DNA of 39,385 bases from a virus (lineage: Duplodnaviria > Caudoviricetes): positions 1 through 39,385 of IMG/VR virus record IMGVR_UViG_3300032279_000249; one strand, given 5' to 3'. The translations under genes were made by a program, and so were the position numbers. The notes beneath the pieces were generated by a model. It saw only the letters and a program-made list of their open reading frames with translations. It had not been told where the DNA came from and did not search any database. Positions 23,413 to 34,165 of this stretch are shown in pieces (the stretch's first letter is position 1; every line of letters begins with the position of its first letter).

Positions 23413-25014
23413 ATGAGTGATGCTCGCAAACAGAGCGACTTTGAACAAGTGCTAAATCGTAGTTTTGATTTGGCTGTGGAGCTTCAACATGAATATGTGA
23501 CTCAAGAGCATTTGTTGTATGCATGTCTAGAGCATGAGACCCTTATTCAAACAATCAAAAACATGGGTGTGGACATCACCACACTAAAAAACACACTGTG
23601 GAAGTTTCTTACTGATGTAACAAAACACAGCATGATGCCTGATGTCAGGTTTCAACCCAAATACACCCACACATTACTCACTGTTGTAAAACAAGCCAAA
23701 GCTCAAAGCTTGTTCTGGGGTAAAACACACATTCATGTGACTGATTTGGTGATGGCCATGTTCAACACCAAGGAAAGTTGGGCAGTGTACATCATGCAAC
23801 AAGAAGGTATTACTAAACACACACTGCAAGAACATCTGACCAATCAGAATGTGCAAGAAGATGGTGCGATGGATGCTGATCAGGCCAAACAGATCTTGAT
23901 GCAGTTTGCAGTCAATCTGAACAAGAAGGCTCGCTCACATAACGTGGATCCGCTTATTGGCAGGCATACTGAAGTAAAGCAAATTATTCATGTGCTCAAT
24001 CGTAAGAACAAAAATAATCCATTACTGGTGGGAGCACCAGGAGTGGGTAAGACTCAACTTGTGGAAGGTTTGGCCAAATGCATTGTGGACAAGCAGGTAC
24101 CTCCCAGTCTGTTTGACTCTGAGATTTGGAGTTTGGATGTGAGTTCACTGGTTGCAGGCACCAAGTTCAGAGGTGATTTTGAGGATCGCATGAAAAATTT
24201 AATTCAGGCTGTGAAAAGCATGCCACATGTGATCCTGTTTATAGATGAGATCCACATGATCCTGGGAGCAGGTTCAGGCGGCAGTCAAAACAGCATGGAT
24301 GTGGCCAACATACTCAAGCCTGCACTGGGCAGGGGTGAACTGCGTTGTGTGGGTGCCACCACTTTAGAAGAGTCCCGCAAGCACTTTGAAAAAGATCGTG
24401 CACTACTGCGTCGCTTTCAAAAGCTGGATATTGCTGAGCCCAATGCGTCAGATTCCAAACTGATTGTGAAAGGTGTGTTACCACAGTTTGGTAAGTTCCA
24501 TGGAGTAACATATCACACAGACTGTGTGAATTCCAGTGTGGATTTGAGCGTCAAGTTCATGCACAACAAACATCTGCCAGACAAGGCCCTGGATTTGATT
24601 GACCATGCTGGGGCTGCTGTCAAGCTGCGTGGTGATACTTTGGTCATGCTTGCAGATATCCAACAAGCAGTAAGTGATCAAACCAAGATCAGTTTGCATG
24701 CAATTCAACAGCAACAGCAGCCAGAAACACAAGACATCCAAAAAACCATCAGTGCCAAATTGTTTGGACAAGATCATGCTGTGCACTTGGTGTCAGATCA
24801 GGTTTACATGAGTTTGAGTGGCCTAAGAGAAAACAACAAGACTCAGGGTAGCTTTCTGTTTGTGGGCCCCAGCGGCGTGGGTAAATGTTTGGCTTATGAT
24901 CAGGAGATAACTGTTAAAATCCCTGATGCACTATATGATATTGCTGTGGCTAAAGGTCTAATAGCCTCCACCCACGCAAAGGGGTCTGCCGGTCCAAACA
25001 GTCCTTCAACTTAA
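23413..25014 (+). CDS. clpA: ClpA-like AAA+ chaperone, N-terminal half (491-aa extein) fused to split-intein N-fragment
   Basis: Clp N-domain (HEYVTQEHLL), NBD1 (DPLIGR, GAPGVGKT, AGTKFRGDFE, LFIDEIH, ALLRRFQ, LPDKALDLID) and start of NBD2 up to GPSGVGK. The sequence then switches to CLAYDQEITV (intein block A). Confidence 0.93.
   Translation: MSDARKQSDFEQVLNRSFDLAVELQHEYVTQEHLLYACLEHETLIQTIKNMGVDITTLKNTLWKFLTDVTKHSMMPDVRFQPKYTHTLLTVVKQAKAQSLFWGKTHIHVTDLVMAMFNTKESWAVYIMQQEGITKHTLQEHLTNQNVQEDGAMDADQAKQILMQFAVNLNKKARSHNVDPLIGRHTEVKQIIHVLNRKNKNNPLLVGAPGVGKTQLVEGLAKCIVDKQVPPSLFDSEIWSLDVSSLVAGTKFRGDFEDRMKNLIQAVKSMPHVILFIDEIHMILGAGSGGSQNSMDVANILKPALGRGELRCVGATTLEESRKHFEKDRALLRRFQKLDIAEPNASDSKLIVKGVLPQFGKFHGVTYHTDCVNSSVDLSVKFMHNKHLPDKALDLIDHAGAAVKLRGDTLVMLADIQQAVSDQTKISLHAIQQQQQPETQDIQKTISAKLFGQDHAVHLVSDQVYMSLSGLRENNKTQGSFLFVGPSGVGKCLAYDQEITVKIPDALYDIAVAKGLIASTHAKGSAGPNSPST
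24886..25011 (+). mobile_element. Split intein N-fragment (IntN, 42 aa)
   Basis: Starts with Cys immediately after the Walker A Lys: CLAYDQEITVKIPDALYDIAVAKGLI..., followed by stop TAA. Confidence 0.88.
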
Positions 25015-25753
25015 TAAGCTCTACAAGGGAAGCCCATCGTACATTATGAAATTGCATGAATTCGACGTCTGTACAAACTTTGACCTTCCCAGACTTATGA
25101 ATCCATTTATAGGTCTTGGGGGTAGGTCTAACCTTGTGAAGACTCCAACCATCTATATGAATAATAGATCCCTTGATAAGGCTGCATACAGCAGCCTTAT
25201 TCATCGAGTATTTGTGATAAAAATCGTAACGAGTGCCTTGGAACTTCTCTCCAGTGTTCCAGTTATAAAACGTGTGGGGTGTTTTATCAAATCTGGGATT
25301 GGACTTCCCCACACAAACAAGCTGTTTAATTCCGCATTTAGCGCCGTGGCTACGGATAAAGTTGGGATAACCAATAGTTTTTCGACAAGAAACACACGTG
25401 ACTTTGACTTGACTAGGAGGATGATGCGACTTCATCTTAGTAATGCTCAAGGGGCTCATAGCTCCCCCTTGGCCAGACTCTTCTTTAAGATTAGCCCAAA
25501 GTTTGTTACCATTATTATCAATGGCCTCCACTATGTTCCAAAGCTTACTATAATGTTGACCCATACTCTTGATTTCCACAAGATCAGTGGTTTGAAATAT
25601 TATGTTTGTTTCAATATAATATCCGTGTTTAGATATATGTCGCTTCCAGTAGTGTCCACTTCCTTTGTATTTGAAAGGATCCTCAGAAGTGTATCCCAGA
25701 TATTTCAACCCCGTTATCGTATGTGTCTTCACATACAAACTATAAATTGTCAT
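24950..25753 (-). CDS. Free-standing GIY-YIG-like (Seg-type) homing endonuclease
   Basis: N-terminal IYSLYVKTH..TGLKYLGYT..DPFKYKGSG.YWKRH...WANLKEE.G.GG catalytic-type domain, a CVSC...H...C zinc-finger-like segment, GKSNPRF (NUMOD3-like) and C-terminal small DNA-binding-like modules. AGGAG SD present. Confidence 0.8.
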   Translation of the reverse strand: MTIYSLYVKTHTITGLKYLGYTSEDPFKYKGSGHYWKRHISKHGYYIETNIIFQTTDLVEIKSMGQHYSKLWNIVEAIDNNGNKLWANLKEESGQGGAMSPLSITKMKSHHPPSQVKVTCVSCRKTIGYPNFIRSHGAKCGIKQLVCVGKSNPRFDKTPHTFYNWNTGEKFQGTRYDFYHKYSMNKAAVCSLIKGSIIHIDGWSLHKVRPTPKTYKWIHKSGKVKVCTDVEFMQFHNVRWASLVELIKLKDCLDRQTPLRGWRLLDL

Positions 25754-25816
25754 GCTGTTGCTCCTAAGCGCAATAGAATAGGCGGGGATTGCACTCCCGC
25801 GGCCTATACCTATTTA
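25754..25816 (-). promoter_or_regulatory. Endonuclease 5' control region: TAAATA motif, GC-rich hairpin and SD-covering hairpin
   Basis: Minus strand reads TAAATA ggt ATAGGC cgc GGGA gtgcaa TCCC c GCCTAT tcta TTGC gcttAGGA GCAA cagc ATG. Confidence 0.6.
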
Positions 25817-25858
25817 GCGTTCAATCTACACAATCCTTTCCAACTCTAGGAGTTAACA

Positions 25859-26269
25859 ATGATAGAAGTCACATTAGAAATTGGTAAGTTATTTGACTTA
25901 TTGAGTGAGTATGAAGACTTAGACTTTACACCTGAACAAGAGCAGTTTTTTAAAACCCCAGTCTATATACAAAACGAACATAGTGAATGGATTATTGCTA
26001 ATGCCGGAATAACCAAATCCTGCATTGGTAGGATGATCTTTTTTGATAACGGGGACACAATAAAAGCTGCTGATAAGCATCTTATCTTTAATGGCAGTCA
26101 ATGTGTACATGTTGATACTTTGAAAAACGGTTCATGCATAGTCAAGGCTAATGGTGATACAATCAAAGTAGTTGATATTCAACCAATTGATGATCACTTG
26201 TATTATGATCTATCTGTGGACTCACCCACACACCTGTATCAAACCAGTAACGGCATAGTCCATCATAAT
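25859..26269 (+). mobile_element. Split intein C-fragment (IntC, 137 aa)
   Basis: Block B-like IKAADKHLIF, block F YYDLSVD and block G HLYQTSNGIVHHN, followed by Thr as +1 nucleophile. Confidence 0.9.
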
Positions 26270-27106
26270 ACTGAACTCGCAAAGCTCCTTGCTGAGTCCT
26301 TAAATTATTCATTTTTCCGCCTAGACATGAGTGAATTTCAAGAAAAGCACTCCTTGAGCAGATTGATTGGATCCCCGCCCGGGTATGTGGGATATTCAGA
26401 TGGTGCCGCTGGATCTGGAGCACTAATAAATGCTCTGGAACAGTCACCACAGTGTGTGTTGTTGATTGACGAAGTGGAGAAGGCACACCCTGATGTGAGT
26501 CAATTGTTCTTGCAGGTCATGGATGCTGGGGTTTTGACAAGTGCAAACCAGAAAACTGTTCACATGCACAATGTGATCTTGATCTTTACTAGTAATTTGG
26601 GTGCACAAGAATTGGACAAATCTCCATTGGGATTTGTATCAGGCACACAAACCCAGTTAGCAGATACAGAATCTGCCCCTGCTGTAAAAAAGTTTTTTGC
26701 ACCAGAATTCCGAAACAGGCTGGATGCTGTGGTAAACTTTAAAGTGCTCACAGATACAAACATGCATTTGATCCTGGACAAATTTATGGCCAATTTGAAT
26801 AACATGTGTGCAACTAAAAAGGTCACAGTCACGCTGGATCCACAAGCTAAAGATTGGTTGATCCGTAATGGGTTTGATCCTGTTATGGGTGCTAGACCAC
26901 TACAACGATGTGTGGATGAACACATTAAAAAGCCCATGGCTCGTGAGATACTGTTTGGTAAATTAAAACATGGAGGCAGCGTGCTTGTGACAGTGGATAC
27001 AGATCTCAAGCTCAAATTAGACTTCCTTAGCATGTGTGTGCCTGCTGTGATCATGGATACTGAATTACATGATTTAAACTGGGAGACATCACATGGAGTT
27101 GATTAA
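25859..27106 (+). CDS. clpA: Split-intein C-fragment fused to ClpA C-terminal half (278-aa extein)
   Basis: Own SD (AGGAG 25848-25852). After ...NGIVHHN the protein resumes TELAKLLAE...RLDMSEFQEKHSLSRLIGSPPGYVGY, LLIDEVEKAHPDV, TSNLG, LGF (ClpP-docking-type loop), FAPEFRNRLD and MGARPL. Confidence 0.93.
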   Translation: MIEVTLEIGKLFDLLSEYEDLDFTPEQEQFFKTPVYIQNEHSEWIIANAGITKSCIGRMIFFDNGDTIKAADKHLIFNGSQCVHVDTLKNGSCIVKANGDTIKVVDIQPIDDHLYYDLSVDSPTHLYQTSNGIVHHNTELAKLLAESLNYSFFRLDMSEFQEKHSLSRLIGSPPGYVGYSDGAAGSGALINALEQSPQCVLLIDEVEKAHPDVSQLFLQVMDAGVLTSANQKTVHMHNVILIFTSNLGAQELDKSPLGFVSGTQTQLADTESAPAVKKFFAPEFRNRLDAVVNFKVLTDTNMHLILDKFMANLNNMCATKKVTVTLDPQAKDWLIRNGFDPVMGARPLQRCVDEHIKKPMAREILFGKLKHGGSVLVTVDTDLKLKLDFLSMCVPAVIMDTELHDLNWETSHGVD

Positions 27107-27395
27107 TAATCTGATCCAACATAACTTAATCAGACCAGGCACATGGTTGGGTGTGTGTCCACCACAATCAGTCCGTGTGCAACAACGACTGAGAGTGGAA
27201 CGTATAGATACACAACATGTGCTCAGCTGTGTGAATACCTCAGGTCAAATCGTTAAAGTATCACCGGAATTTATACATGAAGTGGATGGCATGAGTCTGA
27301 CCAGACTGTGTGCACAAGCGGATCTGGACACACAAGGTTGCAAACTGAAGCCACAAACCAGACGCGGGCGTAAACCCAAAATTGCACGTGCCTGA
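27093..27395 (+). CDS. Hypothetical protein with basic RRGRKPK tail
   Basis: 100-aa ORF with GGGAG SD, overlapping the clpA-C end. Confidence 0.75.
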   Translation: MELINNLIQHNLIRPGTWLGVCPPQSVRVQQRLRVERIDTQHVLSCVNTSGQIVKVSPEFIHEVDGMSLTRLCAQADLDTQGCKLKPQTRRGRKPKIARA

Positions 27396-27430
27396 ATTTA
27401 GTAAACCAAACATATTATAGGAGACCTTAA

Positions 27431-27616
27431 ATGGCACAAGTAATTCACTCCACTTTCGTGATCACAGTGAGTAAATTGGTTAAAAATAATGCTGCTCAGC
27501 ACGCAGTTCTGGATTCTGATCAGATTGCCATGATCACAGAAACTCTTCCGGGTATTTTGGAAGAACTATTGGCAGACTCCGCAGCTATTATTGAAGTGCA
27601 ACCAATAACAGACTGA
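27431..27616 (+). CDS. Small hypothetical protein
   Basis: 61-aa ORF with AGGAG SD. Confidence 0.75.
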   Translation: MAQVIHSTFVITVSKLVKNNAAQHAVLDSDQIAMITETLPGILEELLADSAAIIEVQPITD

Positions 27617-27661
27617 CAACCGGTTAAATAACCCAAACATGATCAGTGATTTTGGGTAGAC

Positions 27662-29410
<1,749 letters not shown>

Positions 29411-29431
29411 TGGTAAGGACAAATAACTGAG

Positions 29432-32400
29432 ATGCCATTAAATTCTTCTGTGATCTTAACATTAAGAGCCAGCACATTAAGTATTACACCTGTCTCATTA
29501 ATTACTCCAGTTATGAATCCCACATGGGCAGGCTACCCATATGAGTGGGTAGTGGACTTGAGTATACGGGCCCAAGTTCATAGTGATCCCAACACACTTG
29601 TACCATTTGCATTCACTGGTCTGGATGTGCAAGTGGGTGATTGGTTGGTGTTTAATAATTTTAGTATTTGTGTCCAGATACAAGACATTATTGACGTAAC
29701 TGAAAGCACTATGACTACCAAAGTGCAGGACAAAAACCTTTATAACTTGTTAAGTGATCCCACGCAAACTGCACAAAGTATTGGTCCTGTAAGTCAAACA
29801 AATGTGTTTGATTGCTTAATTATACGTGAAAACCAATTTGGCCTACCCATATTCAATAACCAGCCAGAATTCAATCTTCCACAAGATCTTATAAATGATA
29901 TTCAGCAAAGATTCCTGGCTGACATTACTAGCTATAGTGGATACTCTGGTCAAAGTGGTGCAGTGGGTATCAGTGGATTCAGTGGCCAATCAGGTACAAG
30001 TGGCACAAGTGGTACAAGCGGATTAAGTGGTACTTCAGGCACAAGTGGTGAATCCGGGATAAGCGGAATAAGCGGAATAAGTGGTGTTTCGGGTCAAGAC
30101 GGCATAATTGGTGTTGATGGAAAGAGCGGGTATTCAGGGTTTAGTGGCGTTAGTGGCCAATCAGGTACAAGTGGTGAATCCGGCACTAGTGGAATCAGTG
30201 GTACTTCAGGCACAAGTGGTGAATCCGGGATAAGCGGAATAAGCGGAATAAGTGGTGTTTCGGGTCAAGACGGCATAATTGGTGTCGATGGAAAGAGCGG
30301 GTATTCAGGGTTTAGTGGTGTTAGTGGCGAATCAGGTACAAGTGGTGTATCAGGCACAAGCGGTCTAAGTGGTGAATCTGGCACCAGTGGAATAAGTGGT
30401 GAATCAGGTATAAGTGGTGAATCTGGCACCAGTGGAATAAGTGGTGAATCAGGCATAAGCGGAATTAGTGGCGCGTCAGGACAACTTGGTCCCACAGGGG
30501 AGACTGGTCCTACTGGACCCACTGGCCCTACTGGCGCGCAAGGCACGTCGACAAGCCTTTTCCTCTATAACGCTCGCGCAAACATTACGTCGGGTTATCC
30601 GGGCAATGGGAATATTTTGTGGGACAATTCCACACAAATTAGCGCAACCAGCATCAATGTCAGCCATTTAACCAGAGATAACGACGACATTGACATCTTT
30701 TTGGCGCTGCTTCTGGAAACTGAAACTATTGTCATTCAGGATCAAAACGTCAGCGGCAATTTCCAGAAATGGACAATTTCTGGCACGCCAACTCATATAA
30801 ACCCTGGCACTTCCACTAGTTATTGGACATACCCCGTCACGCTCATATCTTCCGGCGGCACGGGCACAACAAACTTTGCCAATGGCCATGACATCTTTTT
30901 GGCTCTAGTAAGCGGTGTGCAAGGCCCCACTGGCCCACAAGGGGACTCTGGTACAAGCGGAATCAGCGGCACAAGTGGTATAAGTGGAGAATCCGGCACT
31001 AGTGGAATTAGTGGCACAAGCGGAATCAGCGGCACAAGTGGTATAAGTGGTGTAAGCGGAGAATCAGGCACAAGTGGCACAAGTGGCATAAGTGGTGTAA
31101 GTGGAGAATCAGGCACAAGTGGTGAATCAGGCACAAGTGGCATAAGTGGTGTAAGTGGAGAATCAGGCACAAGTGGCATAAGTGGTGTAAGCGGGATATC
31201 AGGTATAAGTGGCGAATCAGGCACAAGTGGCATAAGTGGTGTAAGCGGGATATCAGGTATAAGTGGCACAAGTGGCTTGAGCGGTGCATCTGGTACAAGT
31301 GGCATAAGTGGTGAAAGTGGAACCAGTGGTATTATAGGGGCTACAGGTCCAGCAGGGTTAGATCCTTGGCAGAGAGTCACGTCCACAACCACATTAACAA
31401 GTGGTAACAGAATAATAGCTGACACAACAGGTGGCACTTTCACCCTAAACTTGCCTGCTACTCCTATTGTGGGCAGTTATGTTATAATCACAGATGGTGG
31501 AAACTGGTCCACAACTAATTTGATTCTAGGAAGTAATGGCAACTCTATTGAGGGTGTAGCCACTGATTTATTGGTAACAATTGGTAATGTAACACTGGAA
31601 TTCATTTATGATGGAACCACTTGGCAATTTACTATAACAACTGGTCCACAAGGACAGAGCGGATATAGTGGTTTTAGTGGATATAGCGGCCATAGTGGGT
31701 TTTTTGGCGCAACTGGTCCACAAGGACAGAGTGGGTATAGCGGTCATAGTGGGTATAGTGGACATAGTGGGTATAGTGGACATAGTGGGTATAGTGGACA
31801 TAGTGGGTATAGCGGTCATAGTGGGTATAGTGGGCATAGTGGGTTATTTGGCCCAACTGGCCCAACTGGATTACAAGGACAGAGTGGTTATAGCGGATAT
31901 AGTGGGTTATTTGGGGAAACTGGTCCCACAGGCTACACAGGACCCACAGGCTACACAGGACCCACAGGTCCAACTGGTATAATTGGTCCCACAGGCTACA
32001 CAGGACCCACAGGCTACACAGGACCCACAGGTCCAACTGGTATAGCATCTTATGTACGCACATCTGAAACTGCTACTGAAGGACAGACCACATTCCCTGT
32101 GTCATATACTGTGGGCGCTATCCAAGTGTTTGTGAATGGTATACTGCTGAATACAGATGATTACACTGCTACAAATGGCACAAGTGTGGTACTAGCTTCA
32201 GCTGCCTCTGTGGGCGATGTTGTGGAATTCATAGCCATCTCCATTGGTATCATCTCAGTGGGGACAAGCGGCCCCACAGGCCTAACAGGCCCAACAGGTC
32301 CCACTGGCATAGCTGCTTACACCCGCACTGAATTCTCTGCGACAGGGGGTCAGACCACCTTTACAGTCTCTTACACAGTGGGGGCTATTCAAGTATATGT

Positions 32401-33244
32401 GAATGGAGTTTTGTTAAATTCTGCAGATTACACAGCCACAAATGGCACAAGTGTGGTGTTGGCCTCTGCATGTCTAGTAGGCGACACGGTGGAATTCATA
32501 GCCATCTCAGTGGGCAGTATCTCTGTTGGAGCCACAGGGCCATCTGGTGGGCCTCAAGGACCCACTGGACCCACTGGTTTCACCGGCCCACCTGGCACTG
32601 CATCTTATGTTCGCACTGCTTTTAATGCTACAGCAGGTCAAACCACGTTCTCTGTGACTTATACACCTGGAGCCATTGAGGTTTTTGTCAATGGTGTATT
32701 GCTGAATAGTGTGGATTATACAGCCACAAATGGCACAAGTGTGGTGCTGGCCACCCCATGTGCTGCAGGCTATATTGTGGAATTCATAGCCATCTCAGTT
32801 GGGAGTGTAGCGGTTGGCAATCTAATTCAAATCGGAAGCACAGTTATATCAGGCGGCGCTAGCGGTCGTATTCTTTACGATAATGCTGGACTGCTTGATG
32901 AGATCCCTGCTGGCACCAGCACTAATGTGCTCACCAGCAGCGGCACAGGTGTTTACTGGTCTGCCAAGTCCACAATGAACTACAGGACTATTACTAGTAG
33001 CACCACAGTGCTTGCAACGGACGACTTGCTAATGACAAACGGCACTTTGACTGTGACTTTGCCAGCTGCTTCCACAGTTGCAGGTCAACAATTCTATATC
33101 AAGAATATAAATACTGCAAATGGTGTAGTAACAGTATTGCCAAACGGATCTGAATTGATCGATGGATATACAAGTGCTACAATAGGATACTACAATACAA
33201 TGTTTGGCGTGATCTCTATCGGAACAGGGTGGGTAATCTTCTAA
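29432..33244 (+). CDS. Mosaic collagen-like/Gly-X-Ser repeat fibre protein
   Basis: 1270-aa ORF with [15 protein letters not shown] and GPT tracts, three ~66-aa repeats (ATxGQTTF.V.YT.GAIxVFVNG.LL...[13 protein letters not shown]) and two TLTLPA...IEG/IDG fibre modules. Confidence 0.87.
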   Translation: MPLNSSVILTLRASTLSITPVSLITPVMNPTWAGYPYEWVVDLSIRAQVHSDPNTLVPFAFTGLDVQVGDWLVFNNFSICVQIQDIIDVTESTMTTKVQDKNLYNLLSDPTQTAQSIGPVSQTNVFDCLIIRENQFGLPIFNNQPEFNLPQDLINDIQQRFLADITSYSGYSGQSGAVGISGFSGQSGTSGTSGTSGLSGTSGTSGESGISGISGISGVSGQDGIIGVDGKSGYSGFSGVSGQSGTSGESGTSGISGTSGTSGESGISGISGISGVSGQDGIIGVDGKSGYSGFSGVSGESGTSGVSGTSGLSGESGTSGISGESGISGESGTSGISGESGISGISGASGQLGPTGETGPTGPTGPTGAQGTSTSLFLYNARANITSGYPGNGNILWDNSTQISATSINVSHLTRDNDDIDIFLALLLETETIVIQDQNVSGNFQKWTISGTPTHINPGTSTSYWTYPVTLISSGGTGTTNFANGHDIFLALVSGVQGPTGPQGDSGTSGISGTSGISGESGTSGISGTSGISGTSGISGVSGESGTSGTSGISGVSGESGTSGESGTSGISGVSGESGTSGISGVSGISGISGESGTSGISGVSGISGISGTSGLSGASGTSGISGESGTSGIIGATGPAGLDPWQRVTSTTTLTSGNRIIADTTGGTFTLNLPATPIVGSYVIITDGGNWSTTNLILGSNGNSIEGVATDLLVTIGNVTLEFIYDGTTWQFTITTGPQGQSGYSGFSGYSGHSGFFGATGPQGQSGYSGHSGYSGHSGYSGHSGYSGHSGYSGHSGYSGHSGLFGPTGPTGLQGQSGYSGYSGLFGETGPTGYTGPTGYTGPTGPTGIIGPTGYTGPTGYTGPTGPTGIASYVRTSETATEGQTTFPVSYTVGAIQVFVNGILLNTDDYTATNGTSVVLASAASVGDVVEFIAISIGIISVGTSGPTGLTGPTGPTGIAAYTRTEFSATGGQTTFTVSYTVGAIQVYVNGVLLNSADYTATNGTSVVLASACLVGDTVEFIAISVGSISVGATGPSGGPQGPTGPTGFTGPPGTASYVRTAFNATAGQTTFSVTYTPGAIEVFVNGVLLNSVDYTATNGTSVVLATPCAAGYIVEFIAISVGSVAVGNLIQIGSTVISGGASGRILYDNAGLLDEIPAGTSTNVLTSSGTGVYWSAKSTMNYRTITSSTTVLATDDLLMTNGTLTVTLPAASTVAGQQFYIKNINTANGVVTVLPNGSELIDGYTSATIGYYNTMFGVISIGTGWVIF
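30031..30347 (+). repeat. Near-perfect direct duplication (period 171 nt) inside fibre gene
   Basis: tacttcaggcacaagtggtgaatccgggataagcgg...ggaaagagcgggtattcaggg begins at both 30031 and 30202. Confidence 0.85.
32045..32798 (+). repeat. Three tandem ~66-aa domain repeats separated by short collagen linkers
   Basis: Repeated acaaatggcacaagtgtggt and gtggaattcatagccatctc at the DNA level. Confidence 0.85.
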
Positions 33245-33501
33245 TGGCTTATACAGAACAGACAAGAATAGTTGGCGAGATTCCTGCGTCGCAGTCGCCA
33301 GAATACGTTACAGCAACCTCCGTGGTTGATGTTGATCAGCTGGAAGGTCAGTCTAGTATAGAGCTTCTATCTTTAATTCTTATGGAATTGAAGATTATGA
33401 ATCAGCAACTGTACGAGTTGCCTGGACTGCTTGCAAGAGGCCTACCGGCTCAAGACGAACCACAGTCCATGCGTATCGAACCATCAATGTTTAACTTCTA
33501 A
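33244..33501 (+). CDS. Small hypothetical protein (MAYTEQ...)
   Basis: TAATG overlap with the upstream fibre gene; 85 aa. Confidence 0.7.
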   Translation: MAYTEQTRIVGEIPASQSPEYVTATSVVDVDQLEGQSSIELLSLILMELKIMNQQLYELPGLLARGLPAQDEPQSMRIEPSMFNF

Positions 33502-33514
33502 AAGGAAACTAAAA

Positions 33515-34165
33515 ATGATTACACAAGGTCAGGTTGGTGCCCTTAGCACTTCTTCTTCTTTACCAGCTGGTCAGCAGTCAATCACTCGTCTGGGTAACAT
33601 GGGCGATGCTATTATGTCTGAGCTGCATGGTCGCTATTACGAAGCCACTTACCGTAAGTCCATGTTCACAGGCGCAACTCAGACAACTATTGCAACAGCA
33701 ACTTCAGCTGGTCTTACAATTTCGGTGACTGGCCTACCAGTTCTGTATAATCCAATTGGTAACACCTATAACGTGGTCTTGACCAAGGTGGGTTATTCCT
33801 TTCTTTTAGCTCAGCCATCGGCAGCGTCAATTATCGGTATTGCCACAGGTTTTAATGCAACAACCGCAGTTTCAGGTACGTTGACTTCCGTATCTCCCAA
33901 GAACCGTTTCCTTAACGGTCCTGCTCCAACTGCTTTGATGTACTTCTCATCTGCTATCACACTGCCAACTACTCCCACCCTGGATATTGTTCTGGGGTAT
34001 GTGGGTACTGGGGCAATCACAACAAACACCAACGTTCCTTCAAACTTCGATCTTGAAGGTTCTTTGATTCTTCCACCAGGTGGTTATGCTCAGCTTTACA
34101 CTTCAGCAGCATCTGCAGCATCTTCGCTGCTTTGCTCTTTCCAGTGGGAAGAAGTACCTGTCTAA
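33515..34165 (+). CDS. Putative virion structural protein (Ser/Thr/Ala/Gly-rich)
   Basis: AAGGA SD before ATG 33515 (MITQGQVG...); ends FQWEEVPV. Confidence 0.75.
   Translation: MITQGQVGALSTSSSLPAGQQSITRLGNMGDAIMSELHGRYYEATYRKSMFTGATQTTIATATSAGLTISVTGLPVLYNPIGNTYNVVLTKVGYSFLLAQPSAASIIGIATGFNATTAVSGTLTSVSPKNRFLNGPAPTALMYFSSAITLPTTPTLDIVLGYVGTGAITTNTNVPSNFDLEGSLILPPGGYAQLYTSAASAASSLLCSFQWEEVPV

Noticed and set aside
25847-25849. Genome-wide TAG reassignment that would fuse the bridge ORF to IntC
   Set aside because: TAG ends several ordinary genes (15300, 15567, 39074), long genes such as the 2269-aa ORF have no internal TAG, and IntC has its own SD.
24886-26269. Group I intron or simple pseudogene explanation for the broken clpA
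   Set aside because: The break points carry protein-splicing residues (Cys1; His-Asn/Thr+1), both halves are intact with their own translation signals, and no intron core was recognisable.
23413-27106. ClpB or ClpC assignment
   Set aside because: The linker between NBD1 and NBD2 is short with no coiled-coil M-domain, and an LGF loop is present, which fits ClpA better.
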